Shown one piece after another: positions 35,273 through 37,039 of a stretch of DNA of 37,039 bases. This DNA comes from Octopus bimaculoides (lineage: Eukaryota), in assembly GCF_001194135.2 (NCBI RefSeq), contig NC_068988.1, forward strand, positions 17,361,411 to 17,398,449, in the 5' to 3' direction. Every line of letters starts with the position of its first letter. Position 1 is the stretch's first letter. A program made the translations under genes and the position numbers. The notes below the pieces were generated by a model. It made no database searches, was not told the origin of the DNA, and worked only from the letters and a program-made list of their open reading frames with translations.

Positions 35273-35451
35273 GCATATGACGTCCTCGGTTCGCTTACTG
35301 AAAAGGAGTTCCGGGCCGGATTCCAAGAATGGCAGGAAGGCTGTTGCTGGGGTATTGCTGAGCAACGTGGCTATTTCGAAGATGTTCTTAAAATTTGAGG
35401 TATATTTTATTAAACATAATTAGTCCAGGAACTCTTTGCTATAATCTCGTA
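35273..35451 (+). mobile_element. mariner transposon 3' end (transposase C-terminus plus TIR)
   Basis: YDVLGSLTEKEFRAGFQEWQEGCCWGIAEQRGYFEDVLKI* (35276-35398) resembles FQxWxxRWxxCIxxxGxYFE; followed by TIR-like AGTCCAGGAACTCTTTGCTATAATCTCG|TA. Confidence 0.7.
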
Positions 35452-35460
35452 TATATATCT

Positions 35461-35613
35461 TTCAGACGAGCGCAAGCTGTAAGAACGGCAGATAAAACTT
35501 GGGTATTTACCCTTATGAGACGGAAAAATAGTTGTCAGAAGGCGGGTACGTGACTCGAATCCTTCTCCTCAGCTACCAGGCTGAGTGCTCTAATGATTAA
35601 GTTAAACGGCCCC
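35461..35613 (-). mobile_element. Decayed tRNA-headed SINE
   Basis: Minus strand GGGGCCGTTTAACTTAATCATTAGAGCACTCAGCCTGGTAGCTGAGGAGAAGGATTCGAGTCAC has A-box-like and B-box-like (GGATTCGAGTC) segments but no intact cloverleaf. Confidence 0.45.
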
Positions 35614-35674
35614 CGACACCAACTAACGTAAAATTTAATGCTAAATAAGATACCAACCACATTCGAGCTTCCAA

Positions 35675-35721
<47 letters not shown>

Positions 35722-35869
35722 TTTGTGTGTGTATGTATGTGTGTGTATTGGATTGGACTGGATTGGACTGCCTCAGTTCAGTTCACTACAGGAGGAAAGC
35801 CTCAGCATGTCCTTTCCACCAACAACGGTCTTATGTGGAGGCCGTAAATTTGAGCTTGAAATCGTACCG

Positions 35870-35960
35870 GAGGTATTGCACGATGCTCTTGCCTGAGCTA
35901 CCGTGCAATGGTACTGAACTCGAAACAACGTGGGTGCAAAATTACTTCTTAATCACACAA
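35870..35960 (-). mobile_element. Head of a family A-related SINE, decayed
   Basis: Reverse complement follows TGTGTGATTAAGAAGTAATTTTGCACCCACGTTGTTTCGAGTTCAGTACCATTGCACGGTAGCTCAGGCAAG, parallel to the heads at 11433 and 14376. Confidence 0.55.
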
Positions 35961-36560
35961 TACGTTTTATATTCGAATCTCCCAAACGTCAACTTCTAAC
36001 GGTCACTCTTTCGGGAGTGAATAAATTAATTATTAGCATTAAACTGGTTGCTGAATTCAATCAACTGTTTGTTAGATGATGTGCCTATTTTCCAAATCAA
36101 TATTTCCCCCCTCAAATAAATTTTGTTAAGTTAGAAATGAAAATATAAATAACACCATAAACGTTTGTCTAGTGTGTTATGTTGTCATCGGAGTAATTTA
36201 ATATTGATTTTGTTCATAAACTAAATCAACAAGCATTCATTGATAGCATAGTGGCGTTGCAACGGCTTTGATTAATGTGATGAAGGTCGATCATAATAAC
36301 AAATATATTTGTAAATATATAAAGAAGAATTTAACATGAAATTTGTAGCGTGGAAAAACAAGATATTAGAGTATATTCTGCTGGGTTAATATGAGACGTG
36401 TAGTTCAAAAAGTGTTGGCGATTTCTGAAATTCGTGGAGCAACTTACGCACGTTTGTTATTACAACATTTTGCTTCTAAGCAAAACTTCCTGTGATATAA
36501 AAAATATGCGCTTTGTAAATGCAGACTGTGTTTATTTTATATTATTTGACATTCACAACA

Positions 36561-36725
36561 GGCTAAGAGCGGGCAGATCGTTAGCACGCCAGATAAAATG
36601 CTTAGCAACATTTTGCTTAACTTAACGTTCAGAGATCAAATTCTGCTGAGGTTGACTTCGCCTTTCATCTTTTCCCTCTCCCCCAAATTTCCAGGTCATG
36701 TGCTTATTATTGGGAGACTTATTAT
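36561..36725 (+). mobile_element. SINE family B, internally deleted
   Basis: GGCAGATCGTTAGCACGCCAGATAAAATGCTTAGCAACATTTTG...ACGTTCAGAGATCAAATTCTGCTGAGGTTGACTTCGCCTTTCATCTTT jumps directly to CCCCAAATTTCCAGG, skipping the GTCGAT block. Confidence 0.75.
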
Positions 36726-37039
36726 ACATTCGCATACATACATGTTCGATTAAACGTATATATATATATATACACTTGGCTGAAACACATAAATAAAAAA
36801 AAAAAAATATATATATATATTAACCACCTACACTTTTTTTCTGCAAAATAGGGGTACTTTATCCTGTTCAGGCTATACTATTAGCATTATCCTGCGATTG
36901 AGAATGTAAAATAACTTCTTTAACTTTCTAAGACATCTTAACGTTTCTAAAAGTAAACTTCGTTTGTTTGTTTACGTTTATTGTAATTTGAATTTATACA
37001 TATATGTATGTATGTATATATATATATATATATATATAT

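Noticed and set aside
35461-35613. tRNA gene
   Set aside because: A/B-box-like motifs are present but acceptor, D and T stems do not pair; treated as a SINE head.
36391-36500. Possible mariner left end (TATGAGACGTGTAGTTCAAAAAGT)
   Set aside because: Only loose TIR resemblance, with no partner TIR or coding remnant.

Overview
AT-rich, microsatellite-dense eukaryotic (metazoan) non-coding DNA from a gapped short-read scaffold; 12 N-runs total about 4.4 kb, most beside (AT)n/(AC)n/(CT)n tracts. The repeat content resembles what I recall of coleoid cephalopod (Octopus-like) genomes; this is inference, not a database result. No protein-coding host gene can be supported: most listed ORFs are translations of gaps or microsatellites, and a few splice-flanked open frames remain unassigned. 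Recognisable content is transposon-derived: about a dozen SINE copies in several families, four Tc1/mariner/pogo-type MITEs or fragments, a foldback MITE with internally repetitive arms, a solo-LTR-like insertion within a SINE, and two Penelope-like element (PLE) GIY-YIG endonuclease remnants. The most interesting layer is RNA structure: a near-intact minimal type I hammerhead ribozyme (27465-27509) inside a cassette bounded by perfect 21-bp inverted repeats, and three further hammerhead-like motifs of varying decay, each lying just downstream of a TATA box on the minus strand. One of these promoters has three tandem palindromic E-box repeats, a TATA box and a correctly spaced Inr.
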